Assembly (NCBI GenBank): GCA_037445735.1
Contig: JBBIJY010000009.1
Coordinates: forward strand, 1 to 64,000
DNA: 64,000 nt
Direction of reading: 5' to 3'
DNA from: Armatimonadota bacterium
GTDB lineage: Bacteria; Armatimonadota; Fimbriimonadia; Fimbriimonadales; GBS-DC
Made by a program: the position numbers and the translations under genes. The notes under the pieces were generated by a model. It was not told where the DNA came from. It saw only the letters and a program-made list of their open reading frames with translations, and did not search any database. Every line of letters starts with the position of its first letter. Within the stretch, counting starts at the first letter, position 1. Positions 18,160 to 27,411 of this stretch are shown in pieces.

Positions 18160-18181
18160 CATCCGAATGGAGGTTTAAAGA

Positions 18182-18466
18182 ATGGCAATCGAACCGCTGG
18201 AGCTGGAGAAGAAGGAACTGGATGAGGAGCTGGAGTTAGGTGCGAAGGTGCGGCGCGTGCGCTACAAGCGCAAGGCGTGCGCCTTCTGCATCGAGCGGAA
18301 GCCCATCGATTACAAGGATGTGGCGCGCCTGCGCCGCTACATCTCCGATCGGGGCAAGATTCTGCCGCGGCGTCAGACAGGCACCTGCGCGAAGTGCCAG
18401 CGTCAGCTGGCGTTAGCCATCAAGCGGGCGCGGGAGCTGGCGCTGCTGCCCTACATCGCCCAGTGA
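18182..18466 (+). CDS. rpsR: 30S ribosomal protein S18 (Zn-binding form)
   Basis: CAFC, IDYKD, GKILPRR, CAKCQR, AIKRAR..ALLPY. Confidence 0.97.
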   Translation: MAIEPLELEKKELDEELELGAKVRRVRYKRKACAFCIERKPIDYKDVARLRRYISDRGKILPRRQTGTCAKCQRQLALAIKRARELALLPYIAQ

Positions 18467-18475
18467 GGCACACCG

Positions 18476-19546
18476 ATGGCGCACCCACTCGATGAGACGG
18501 GGCGACTGCGCACGGCGGACCCGCACGGCATGATGGCACTCACGCTCGATTTCCCCGCCCAGTGCAAGCGGGCAATCGAGCTGGCACAGGCATGGACACT
18601 GCCTCTACTACCCCGCGAGCCACGCCTGATTGTGGTCAGCGGTATGGGCGGCTCCGGCATCGGAGGCGACTACCTGCGGGCGGTGTTCGAAGCGGAAGGC
18701 AACCATCCTGTGCTGGTCGTGCGTGATTATCAACTGCCTCGCTGCGTCGATGCGAACACGCTGCTCTTTGCGGTCAGCTATTCGGGCAACACGGAGGAGA
18801 CACTGGCGTGCTATGCGGAGGCGCGCGAGCGGGGCGCGATGATCGTCGCGCTCTCCAGCGGCGGCGAACTGCAATCGCGCGCCCAGCGCGACGGCGTTCC
18901 CCACCTGCCGGTGCCCGGCGGTCAACCCCCACGCACCGCGCTGGGCTATCTGTTCCTGCCAATGCTGGTGCTGTGCGAGCGGTGGAACCTGCTGCCAAAC
19001 GGCGAAACGGCGCGCGCCCGCGCCCTGCAACGCCTTACCCAATCGCGCGACCGCTGGCAGCCCGAAATTCCATACGAGCAAAACCCCGCCAAGCAGTTAG
19101 CCAGCACGCTGCAGGGCAAGCTGCCCATCCTCTACGGTTCGGGCGGCTATCGCGCGATTGTCGCCACCCGCTGGAAAGGGCAGTTCAACGAGAACGCCAA
19201 ACAGCACGCCTTCGCCAGCGCCTTCCCTGAGCTGAATCATAACGAGATTCTGGGCTGGGTGGGTGCACCCAGGCAGGCGCGCAACTTCAGCATCGTCGTG
19301 CTGCGCGACCCCAGCGAGAGCACGCAGACCCGCACGCGCGTCGAGGTCACGCGCCAGCTGGTCGGCGATGCCGCCGAATGGCACGAAGTGTGGGCAGAGG
19401 GCGACAGCCTGCTCGAACGCCTGCTCACCCTCACCTACCTCGGCGACTTCGTGAGCCTCTACCTCGCCTACCTGAACGAAGTCGACCCCTACAGCATCGA
19501 CTACATCGATCGGCTCAAAGCCGAACTGGCAAAACTCAATCGCTGA
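18476..19546 (+). CDS. Bifunctional phosphoglucose/phosphomannose isomerase
   Basis: GMGGSGIGG, SYSGNTEET, RWKGQFNENAK, PELNHNEI. Confidence 0.93.
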   Translation: MAHPLDETGRLRTADPHGMMALTLDFPAQCKRAIELAQAWTLPLLPREPRLIVVSGMGGSGIGGDYLRAVFEAEGNHPVLVVRDYQLPRCVDANTLLFAVSYSGNTEETLACYAEARERGAMIVALSSGGELQSRAQRDGVPHLPVPGGQPPRTALGYLFLPMLVLCERWNLLPNGETARARALQRLTQSRDRWQPEIPYEQNPAKQLASTLQGKLPILYGSGGYRAIVATRWKGQFNENAKQHAFASAFPELNHNEILGWVGAPRQARNFSIVVLRDPSESTQTRTRVEVTRQLVGDAAEWHEVWAEGDSLLERLLTLTYLGDFVSLYLAYLNEVDPYSIDYIDRLKAELAKLNR

Positions 19547-19559
19547 ACGGAGGCTGAAA

Positions 19560-20486
19560 ATGGCAGCGGCACACCATGTTTGCGGAGGGCTATTGCTATC
19601 GGAGACGCACACCGACGCCGTAATGTACACCTATCGCGTGAAGCAGGTCTATCAGATAGCGCAAACGAAGTTCCAGCACGCGATGCTGGTGGAGTTAGCC
19701 GGCTACGGCAAGTCGCTCTTTTTAGATAACAAAATCCAGTCGGCATTACTGGACGAGTATATGTTCCATGAGCCGATGGTGCAGCCTGGTATGGTGACTC
19801 ATCCGAACCCGCAGCGCGTGCTGGTGGCGGGCGGGGGCGAGGGGGCAACCCTGCGCGAGGTGCTGCGCCATCGCACCGTGCAAAAAGCCATCATGGTCGA
19901 CATCGATGACGAGCTGGTGCGCTACTGCGAGCGCTACATGCCCGAATGGCACCAGGGTTCATTCTCTGACCCGCGCACAACGCTCATCTTTGATGACGCA
20001 CGCAAGGTCATCCCGCAATATCGTAACGAGTTCGATGTGATCGTGTCCGATTTGACCGACCCGCTGGAGGCGGGACCGTCGCAATATCTGTTCACGCGCG
20101 AGTTTTATCAGATGGTCTATGACGCGCTGACCGATGAGGGCGTGTTGACGGTTCAGTCGGGCGCGGGCGACCCGCTCTACCCTTACCTGTACGGCTGTAT
20201 CGTGCGCACGCTTCAGGAGGTGTTCCCGATTGTGCGCCCCTACTGGTCGTTCGTCGCATCGTTTATGCTGCCGTGGGGTTTCGTGCTGGCGTCCAAAAAG
20301 CATGACCCGCTGGCGCTGACCCCTGATGAGGTGGCGCGGCGGCTGGAGATGCGCGGCGTTGTCGGGCTGCGCTACTATGATCCGGGGACCCACTTCGCGA
20401 TGTTCGCGATCCCGCCCTACCTGCGCGAGGTGATTCAGACCGCGCGGGTGCTGACCGACGCGGAGCCGTTCGCCTGGGAAGCCTGA
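19560..20486 (+). CDS. speE: Polyamine aminopropyltransferase (spermidine synthase family)
   Basis: VLVAGGGEGATLREVL, VDID, DLTDP. Confidence 0.9.
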   Translation: MAAAHHVCGGLLLSETHTDAVMYTYRVKQVYQIAQTKFQHAMLVELAGYGKSLFLDNKIQSALLDEYMFHEPMVQPGMVTHPNPQRVLVAGGGEGATLREVLRHRTVQKAIMVDIDDELVRYCERYMPEWHQGSFSDPRTTLIFDDARKVIPQYRNEFDVIVSDLTDPLEAGPSQYLFTREFYQMVYDALTDEGVLTVQSGAGDPLYPYLYGCIVRTLQEVFPIVRPYWSFVASFMLPWGFVLASKKHDPLALTPDEVARRLEMRGVVGLRYYDPGTHFAMFAIPPYLREVIQTARVLTDAEPFAWEA

Positions 20487-20487
20487 G

Positions 20488-22173
20488 GTGAGGGCGGTGC
20501 TGATGCTCACCGCCCTGCTGCTTGCGATTGCCCTCACCCCAACCCTCTCCCCAGCGGGGAGAGGGAGTCCCAATCTCCTCTCCCCCATCGGGGGAGAGGG
20601 TACGGGTGAGGGGGCTTTTTATCCTGCATCTGCGATCAACCCCTCACCCCAACCCTCTCCCCAGAGGGGGGAGGGGGCTAACCCAATCCTCTCCTCCAGC
20701 AGGGCGGCGCAGGGTCAGTCGCTCATCCTGCGGGCGCTCCACTCGCGCGCGGTGCGCCAGTCGGACGGCTCGTTGCAACTTGAGCTGCGCGGCAGGGTGC
20801 AACTGCTCTACGGCGAGCGTCAGCTGCGCACGGAGGCGCTGCAGCTGGACACGGCGAAAGCGGTCGTGCAGGGCGATGAACCATTTGAGCTGCTCGCGCC
20901 CGAAGGCTACCTGCGCGGTCAGAGCCTGCTCTATTTTTATGAGGCGCGTCGCGGGCGGTTCACCGATGTGCAGGCGGTGCTGTTTCTGCCTGATTCCTCA
21001 CGCGCGCCTCGTGGCTGGCCCCAGCAGGAGAGAGTTTCCGCTCGGCTCTGGGCGCAGCAACTGGAAGGCGACCTTCAGCGATTTGAGGCGCAGGCGATAC
21101 GCGCCACCACCTGCGATCGGGAGCCGCCTGACTTCACGGTGGAGGCGGCGCGTGCCAGCCTGCGCGGGGGTCAGCGGCTGCGCCTCTATAACGCGCGCCT
21201 GCGCTGGCGCGGACGCACCCTGTTAAGCATTCCCACCATCAGTTTGAACCTGCGCGAGCGACGCGAGACGCTGGAACTGCCAACCCCCACCTATAGCCCC
21301 GACACAGGAGCGGGCGCCCGCTATCAGCTCGCGTTGCCGCTCGGTGCGCAGTCGCTGCTCGTGCTGAACGGCGCGGTTTATACGCGGGCGGTTCCAGAAA
21401 CGCGCCTGGCATTTGCCGTCGCACTTGCTGGCGACGCGCCTGTACTGACCGAGCCAGAGTTGAGCCAGCGGCTCGAATCGAGCGCGCTGTATAACCTGCG
21501 CATCACGCCGGAACGCGAGCAGAACGCTCTGCGCGAGCGTGTCACCACCCTGCGGCTGGAACACAGTGCCGATGTGCGCCCGCTGTTCGCCCGCGACGCC
21601 CACCTGCGCGTTTCCCGCCCACTTGAGCTTGCCATCAGCACGGGCTTCGTTGCAGGCACAGGGCTGGGCGGTATCAGCCTGCGATGGGGTTCCATGCGCG
21701 AGCGGCTGGACAACCAGCACACGCCCACCCTGCAGCGGCTCGCCCTCGAAGCCGAATGGCTCCAGCCTCTGATGCGCCCGTCGCCCCTGGAGCTGAACCT
21801 GCACCTGTGGGCAAGCCATGTGCGCTACGGCGATACCCGCTCTTTCAGCTGGCTGCGTCCCCAGCTCGAACTGCGCTATCAGCATGGCGAGACCTTCGGG
21901 CTGATGCTCGGCTACGCGCTCACCCGCATGCAGGGACGCACGCCGTTTCAGTCGGATCAGATCGCCGCCCGCCAGGAAGTTGCCCTGCGCGGCGAAGGGC
22001 TGATCGGCAACCTGCGCTGGGGCGCCCTGCTCAAATACGACACCGAACGAAACGACCTCTATGACATCCAGCTCTTTCTCGGCTGGCGCATCCACTGCAT
22101 CGAGCCGTTCCTCTACTGGCGACGCACGCCCGGCGTGCTCCTGTTCGGAATCACGCTCACAGGCTTGCGTTGA
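20488..22173 (+). CDS. LptD/OstA-like outer-membrane protein with in-frame repeat insertion
   Basis: Signal-like N-terminus, ATTCD..PP motif, alternating beta-strand C-terminal region. Confidence 0.6.
   Translation: MRAVLMLTALLLAIALTPTLSPAGRGSPNLLSPIGGEGTGEGAFYPASAINPSPQPSPQRGEGANPILSSSRAAQGQSLILRALHSRAVRQSDGSLQLELRGRVQLLYGERQLRTEALQLDTAKAVVQGDEPFELLAPEGYLRGQSLLYFYEARRGRFTDVQAVLFLPDSSRAPRGWPQQERVSARLWAQQLEGDLQRFEAQAIRATTCDREPPDFTVEAARASLRGGQRLRLYNARLRWRGRTLLSIPTISLNLRERRETLELPTPTYSPDTGAGARYQLALPLGAQSLLVLNGAVYTRAVPETRLAFAVALAGDAPVLTEPELSQRLESSALYNLRITPEREQNALRERVTTLRLEHSADVRPLFARDAHLRVSRPLELAISTGFVAGTGLGGISLRWGSMRERLDNQHTPTLQRLALEAEWLQPLMRPSPLELNLHLWASHVRYGDTRSFSWLRPQLELRYQHGETFGLMLGYALTRMQGRTPFQSDQIAARQEVALRGEGLIGNLRWGALLKYDTERNDLYDIQLFLGWRIHCIEPFLYWRRTPGVLLFGITLTGLR
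20531..20700. repeat. Repeat family A cluster (three full units plus a remnant) inside CDS 20488-22173
   Basis: ccctcaccccaaccctctcccc.. / ..gggggagagggtacgggtgaggggg / cccctcaccccaaccctctccccagaggggggagggg. Confidence 0.9.
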
Positions 22174-22210
22174 CGACTCATCGGGTATAATCCCGTTGGA
22201 GGGAAAAACG

Positions 22211-22534
22211 ATGGCAGCAAGAGCCGTTACAGAACGCGAATGGGAAACCGAAGTGTTGCAATCGCCTGTACCAGTGCTGGTCGACTTCTGGGCGGTCTGG
22301 TGTGCGCCGTGTCGCCTGATCGCGCCGATTGTGGAAGAGCTGGCAACCCAGTATGCCGATAAGCTCAAGGTGCTGAAGGTGGATGTCGATCAGGAACAGG
22401 GGCTGGCGATCCGGTACGGGATTATGAGCATCCCGACGCTGTTGCTGTTCAAGAACGGGCTGATTGTGGATCAGATTGTGGGCGCGTTGCCCAAAGGGGC
22501 GATCGAGGAGCGCGTGAAAAGGCATCTTGGCTAA
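22211..22534 (+). CDS. trxA: Thioredoxin
   Basis: VDFWAVWCAPCR, SIPT; GGAGGG RBS before ATG 22211. Confidence 0.93.
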   Translation: MAARAVTEREWETEVLQSPVPVLVDFWAVWCAPCRLIAPIVEELATQYADKLKVLKVDVDQEQGLAIRYGIMSIPTLLLFKNGLIVDQIVGALPKGAIEERVKRHLG

Positions 22535-22552
22535 CCGTTGAGGGAGTGAACA

Positions 22553-23681
22553 ATGCTGGATTTGCGGACCATCAGCGAATCGCTTCAGGAGGCTCGCCGA
22601 CGCCTGCAGGCGATCGGGGAGCATCTTTGACATCGCCAATCTGAAGGCGGAACTCGCGCGGCTGGAGCGCGAGACCGAGGACCCCACCTTCTGGGCGAAC
22701 CCTGCGCGGGCGCAGGCGACGATGCAGACCATCGCCCGCCTGAAAAACCGCATCGAACCGTATGAGCGACTGCTCGCCACCGTTAGCGAATGCGACGAGT
22801 GGCTTAACCTGCTCCAGATGGAGTACGACGATGCGACTGCCCGCGAGGTTGCCGCGCAGGTCGAAGCGCTCAAGCGCGAGGTGGATCGGCTTGATCTGCT
22901 CACCCTGTTGAGCGGCGAGTACGACCGCCATAACGCCCTGCTGGAGATCGACGCGGGCGCGGGCGGCACGGAAGCGTGCGACTGGGTGCAGATGCTGCTG
23001 CGCATGTACCTGCGCTGGGCGCAACGCAAGGGCTTCCGCGCCGAAATCGTGGACGAGACGCCCGGCAGCGTCGTCGGCTATGCCAGCGTCGGCGTGCTGA
23101 TCGAAGGCGACTACGCCTACGGACTGCTCAAATCGGAGCATGGCGTGCATCGCCTCGTGCGAATCTCGCCGTTCGACGCCAATCGCCGACGCCACACCAC
23201 CTTCGCCCTCGTCGAAGTGATGCCCGATATCGAAGAGACCGCGATCCAGCTCAATCCTGAAGACCTGCGCATCGACACCTATCGGGCAAGCGGGCATGGC
23301 GGACAGCATGTGAACAAGACCGAATCGGCGGTGCGCATCACCCACATCCCGACGGGCATCACCGCCAGCTGCCAGAACGAACGCTCGCAACATCAGAACC
23401 GCGCCGTCGCGATGAAAGTGCTGGCTGCTCGCGTCGCCGAGTATTACCGCCGCCAGCAGGAACAGAAACTCCAGCAGCTCAAAGGCGATACCGTGCCTGC
23501 CGAATGGGGACACCAGATCCGCTCCTATGTGCTGCACCCCTACACACTGGTGAAAGACCACCGCACCGATTACGAAACGGGCAACGCGCAGGCGGTGCTG
23601 GACGGCGACATCGACGGATTCATCGAAGCCTATCTGCGATGGAACGCTTCACGCCGCTCCGTCGTAGATATAAACATATAA
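22553..23681 (+). CDS. prfB: Peptide chain release factor 2 with programmed +1 frameshift
   Basis: ATG 22553, 25 codons, then GGGGAG-CAT-CTT-TGA-C; the +1 frame continues into the ORF carrying SPF and GGQ motifs. Confidence 0.97.
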
Positions 23682-23714
23682 ACAGATAGGCGCGTTGCCT
23701 GTCGGGAGTTCAAT

Positions 23715-24350
23715 ATGCGAAAACTGTGGCTGATAGTGGTGATAGCTGGGCTTGGACTGGGCATCTCATCTGCCCAGACGGTTCAGCTGTCGCGCGCGGT
23801 CTCGATGGAGAATGTGGGTGAGGGTGCGAACCCGATTGCCCAGACGCTGGTGGACGCCCTGCGCGCGGCAACGGGCGCCGATTTAGCCATGCTGGGCGCC
23901 GCCTTTTTTGATGAGAGCCTGCAGTTGCCCGCCGGTCAGCAACCCGTCGATGCCCTGCTAAAGGCGTTGCGCTATCCCGACGACGAGGTGGTAGTGCTGA
24001 ACCTGACGGGCGAGCAGCTCCTGCAGGCGCTGGAGCGCTCCGTCGAACTCTACCCGCAGAAGAACAACGCCTTCCTGCAGCTCACAGGCGCGGAGGTGCG
24101 CTTCGACCCGAAAGCGGAGCCGGGCAAGCGCGTGCGCAGCGTGATTATCGCGGGCGCGAAGCTCGACCCGAAACGCACCTACCGCGTGGCGACCACCGCG
24201 CCGCTGGCGCGCGGCGCACTCGGCTACTTCCGAATCTGGAGCAAGGATCAAATCGCTTCCAGCACAGGGCGCAGCATCGCACAGGTGGTGCGCGACTACC
24301 TGCAACGCCAGCGCTCGCTCATCAGCGAACCCGCGTGGATCGCAGAGTAA
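23715..24350 (+). CDS. Secreted stand-alone 5'-nucleotidase C-terminal domain protein
   Basis: Signal peptide; LTGEQLLQALE, FLQLTG, LDPKRTYRVAT. Confidence 0.75.
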   Translation: MRKLWLIVVIAGLGLGISSAQTVQLSRAVSMENVGEGANPIAQTLVDALRAATGADLAMLGAAFFDESLQLPAGQQPVDALLKALRYPDDEVVVLNLTGEQLLQALERSVELYPQKNNAFLQLTGAEVRFDPKAEPGKRVRSVIIAGAKLDPKRTYRVATTAPLARGALGYFRIWSKDQIASSTGRSIAQVVRDYLQRQRSLISEPAWIAE

Positions 24351-24384
24351 CCGCCCGACTCTTATCAGGTATCATAACCCCGCT

Positions 24385-24903
24385 ATGAGCGTGCAACCGA
24401 CCCGGCGGACGCCCGCGTGGCTGATTGTGATGCTCATCGGGCTGGGGTTTTGCCTGCTTGCCAGCTGCTTCGTCTGCCCCGCGATTCTGTTCCCCGTGTT
24501 CAGTCAGGCACGCGAGCAGGCGCGCAGAACCGGGTGCCTGTCGAAGCTGAGCCAGCTGGTATCAGCCCAGCAGATGTACGCTAACGATTATGGCGAGCGG
24601 TTCCCGCAAGCCTCACGCTGGGGCGATCTCACCCGCCCCTATGTGCCTGATCCAGACACCTATCGCTGCCCGTCCGTGCGGCATGGGCAGGGCTACGGCT
24701 ATGCGATGAATGTGCGCCTCTCACGCCAGAAGATAACAGCCGTTGCGAACCCCGCACACACGCCGCTGGTATATGACTCCTCCAATCTTGCCTGGAACGC
24801 ACATGACCCCGTGACCAGCCTGCCCAGCCCGCCCCGCCATATTAAAGAGGTAAATAACATCGGCTTTGCGGACGGGCACGCTCAATCGGTTCGTTCACCC
24901 TGA
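24385..24903 (+). CDS. DUF1559 / H-X-DG domain protein
   Basis: AILFPVFSQAREQARR..CLS, MYANDY, RH..NIGFADGH. Confidence 0.8.
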   Translation: MSVQPTRRTPAWLIVMLIGLGFCLLASCFVCPAILFPVFSQAREQARRTGCLSKLSQLVSAQQMYANDYGERFPQASRWGDLTRPYVPDPDTYRCPSVRHGQGYGYAMNVRLSRQKITAVANPAHTPLVYDSSNLAWNAHDPVTSLPSPPRHIKEVNNIGFADGHAQSVRSP

Positions 24904-25466
24904 TGGAGTGGCTGCAGGAGTGGGATCGGCAGGTTCTCTACGCAATCAATCACGGACTGCACCACCCGCTGGTCAGCCCGCTGATGTGGGGTTTCACCGC
25001 GCTGGGGCTGGGCTGGGTGCAGCTGATTCTGTTGCTAACGGCGACGCTGTGCGTGCGCTGGCAGCATCGGTGGCGGCGACTGTTTTTACCTGGCTTTGTG
25101 GCATGGCTGGGCAGCGGCGCGACGGTTCAGATTCTGAAGCACCTGTTTCCGCGTCCGCGTCCATCGAATCTGCCCGATGTGCTGGTGGCGCCCGATGAGC
25201 GCATCTATGCGAACTCGTTCCCGTCGGGGCACACGGCGACGGCGTTCGCGCTGGCGTGCTGGCTGTGGCTGATGGTGCGAGGCACGCGCTATCGCTGGCT
25301 GGGCTGGCTCGGCTGGCTGATGGCGACACTGGTGGGACTGTCCCGTATCTATCGCGGCGTGCATTACCCCTCTGATGTGCTAACGAGCGTCCTGATCGGC
25401 ATCCTGTGGGGATTTGTTGCCTTCATCTGGTTTAATCGAAAGCCAGTAGTGGAGGTTTTCTCATGA
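24903..25466 (+). CDS. PAP2-family phosphatase
   Basis: K..F.RPRP, SFPSGH, SRIYRGVHYPSDV. Confidence 0.92.
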   Translation: MEWLQEWDRQVLYAINHGLHHPLVSPLMWGFTALGLGWVQLILLLTATLCVRWQHRWRRLFLPGFVAWLGSGATVQILKHLFPRPRPSNLPDVLVAPDERIYANSFPSGHTATAFALACWLWLMVRGTRYRWLGWLGWLMATLVGLSRIYRGVHYPSDVLTSVLIGILWGFVAFIWFNRKPVVEVFS

Positions 25467-26212
25467 AATCAATTCGCGGGCTCGACTTATGGCGCAGGTT
25501 TTGGATAGCCCTACTGCTTGCCTGTCCTGTCTGGCTTGCGTCAACCCTGTTGGGATTGGGACCTTACTTTGGACGCTATCTGTACAGTTTATCGCTCTAT
25601 GTACCATCGCATATATATTATAGTTTTATTGCATTATATTTCATATCAATTTTAATTTTTATATTTTCAATATTCAGAAATATTGAAAATATAAAAATTA
25701 AAAGATTCGGAGTTCTAAAATTTTACCTGATGCTCGTGGTGCTACTCTACACTCCGCTTCTGGTAACAGCGATCTATTTCGGTATGGATGAGATGCATGT
25801 CAATGAACAACTTAATCAGCGGGCGGCTGCAGTGTATCAGCAGCTCCAGTTATCAGGCTCACCCCCGGTGCACCATCTCCCACTTACACCCCCTGCAAGT
25901 GAGTTTCTCGAATATCTGTTCTCGTTTTTGATCATTTTTACGGTAATATTCTCTGGATTATATATACACAATTCTTTTTTGCTATATCTTTGTAGCTGTG
26001 TGATGTCGATGTCGTTGATGTCGCTCTATTTTATCTGGCAAGGAGCGCATCGCTTCATGGTAGCCGACTGGTTTTTGCTGGCTGGTGCGATGGAGGGGCT
26101 GGCATGTGCAGCTGTTCTCGATATCTATAGAAAGCATATTCTATATCAAAGAGAAAACTTTTCATTTGAAAAATTGGATATTGATAATCAAAACGGTGGT
26201 AGAAGAGAGTGA
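25463..26212 (+). CDS. AT-rich hypothetical multi-pass membrane protein
   Basis: ATGA overlap with PAP2 gene, GGAGG RBS, about 6 hydrophobic segments. Confidence 0.6.
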   Translation: MKSIRGLDLWRRFWIALLLACPVWLASTLLGLGPYFGRYLYSLSLYVPSHIYYSFIALYFISILIFIFSIFRNIENIKIKRFGVLKFYLMLVVLLYTPLLVTAIYFGMDEMHVNEQLNQRAAAVYQQLQLSGSPPVHHLPLTPPASEFLEYLFSFLIIFTVIFSGLYIHNSFLLYLCSCVMSMSLMSLYFIWQGAHRFMVADWFLLAGAMEGLACAAVLDIYRKHILYQRENFSFEKLDIDNQNGGRRE

Positions 26213-27411
26213 GGGTCAAAGATGTTTTTGAGTCGCTGGGCGAGGGGCGAGCGGCGTTCGGCGTGCAGAGGTGTGGGCGGCTCGCCCTCCTGGAGAGAGG
26301 GAGGCATCTGCAGGGCGTACCAGCGCGGCGTTCCAACGCCCGCATCTGCGCCCTGCAACGCCTGAAGCGCCTGCTTCGCTGGCTCGTCCGCTTCACAACT
26401 GACATACAGCACGCCGCTGCCCGCATGGGCATAGAGATCACAACCCTCAACAGCCGATAATCGCGCCATCCAGTCGGCGACCTCACTGCTGCGCATCAGC
26501 AGCTTGAGCAGCAGGTGATGCTGGCGCGGGGCGAGCCAGTCGCGCAGCCGTTCCAGCCACTCAGCGGGCGCAGGATTCGCTTCAAAACCCTGCTCCTGCA
26601 GCCAGCGCAGTTGCCAGGCGACGCCCGCCTCCGAGCCAGCGAACTCCAGCAGCAGAATCGGAGCCTCCACACCCGTCAGCGATGGGATGCGCACCAGATC
26701 GAGTCGTTCAGGCTGGAGGGGCGCCTGCATCAGCTGCGCGAGCGTCGGTTCGACCGAATCCCAGCGGGGGATGGCAAGTTGCACCGCCTGACGCGCGGGA
26801 GGCAACGGCGCGACCTTGAGCGTGATCTCGGTGATGACGCCGAGCGTGCCCCAGCTGCCGCACATCAGTCGATGGAGGTCGTAGCCCGCGACGCTTTTGA
26901 CCACCTTCGCGCCGCTTTTGAAGGGGATGCCGTCGCCGCGGATGGCACGCAGGGCTAACAGGCGGTCGCGCGGGGTGCCGTGTCGGAAGCGCCACGCGCC
27001 GCTGCGCCCGCTCGCCACAATCCCGCCAATCGTCGCCTCGTCGGGCAGCGGCGGGTTCCACGGCAGGTACTGCCCGTGCTGACCCAGAATCGCCTGCGCC
27101 GCACTCAGGCGCATCCCGGCACCGAGCGTGATGACCAGATCGGCAGGTGCATAGTCGATCAATCGGTTCAGACGCAGGGTGCAGAGCGTCCAGCTGTAGG
27201 GTTCAGGTGGACGAATCGCGCCAAGGTGCGTGCCACTGCCCGCAATTGCGAACGGCAGCCGATAGCCCTTCGCATGCTCGATCAGGGCGACGATTTCCTG
27301 CTCGCTTTGCGGCGCCAGCACGAGGGACGGTTCGTGCCCGCCGATGGCATAGCGAGCGCTTTCGCCCACAACGCCCTCACTGCCCACACACGCCCGGAGA
27401 CCCTCAAGCAT
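26188..27411 (-). CDS. FAD-binding oxidoreductase, GlcE-like
   Basis: ATIGGIVA, KVVKSVAGYDL, GSWGTLGVITE, LKNIFDP. Confidence 0.85.
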   Translation of the reverse strand: MLEGLRACVGSEGVVGESARYAIGGHEPSLVLAPQSEQEIVALIEHAKGYRLPFAIAGSGTHLGAIRPPEPYSWTLCTLRLNRLIDYAPADLVITLGAGMRLSAAQAILGQHGQYLPWNPPLPDEATIGGIVASGRSGAWRFRHGTPRDRLLALRAIRGDGIPFKSGAKVVKSVAGYDLHRLMCGSWGTLGVITEITLKVAPLPPARQAVQLAIPRWDSVEPTLAQLMQAPLQPERLDLVRIPSLTGVEAPILLLEFAGSEAGVAWQLRWLQEQGFEANPAPAEWLERLRDWLAPRQHHLLLKLLMRSSEVADWMARLSAVEGCDLYAHAGSGVLYVSCEADEPAKQALQALQGADAGVGTPRWYALQMPPSLQEGEPPTPLHAERRSPLAQRLKNIFDPHSLLPPF

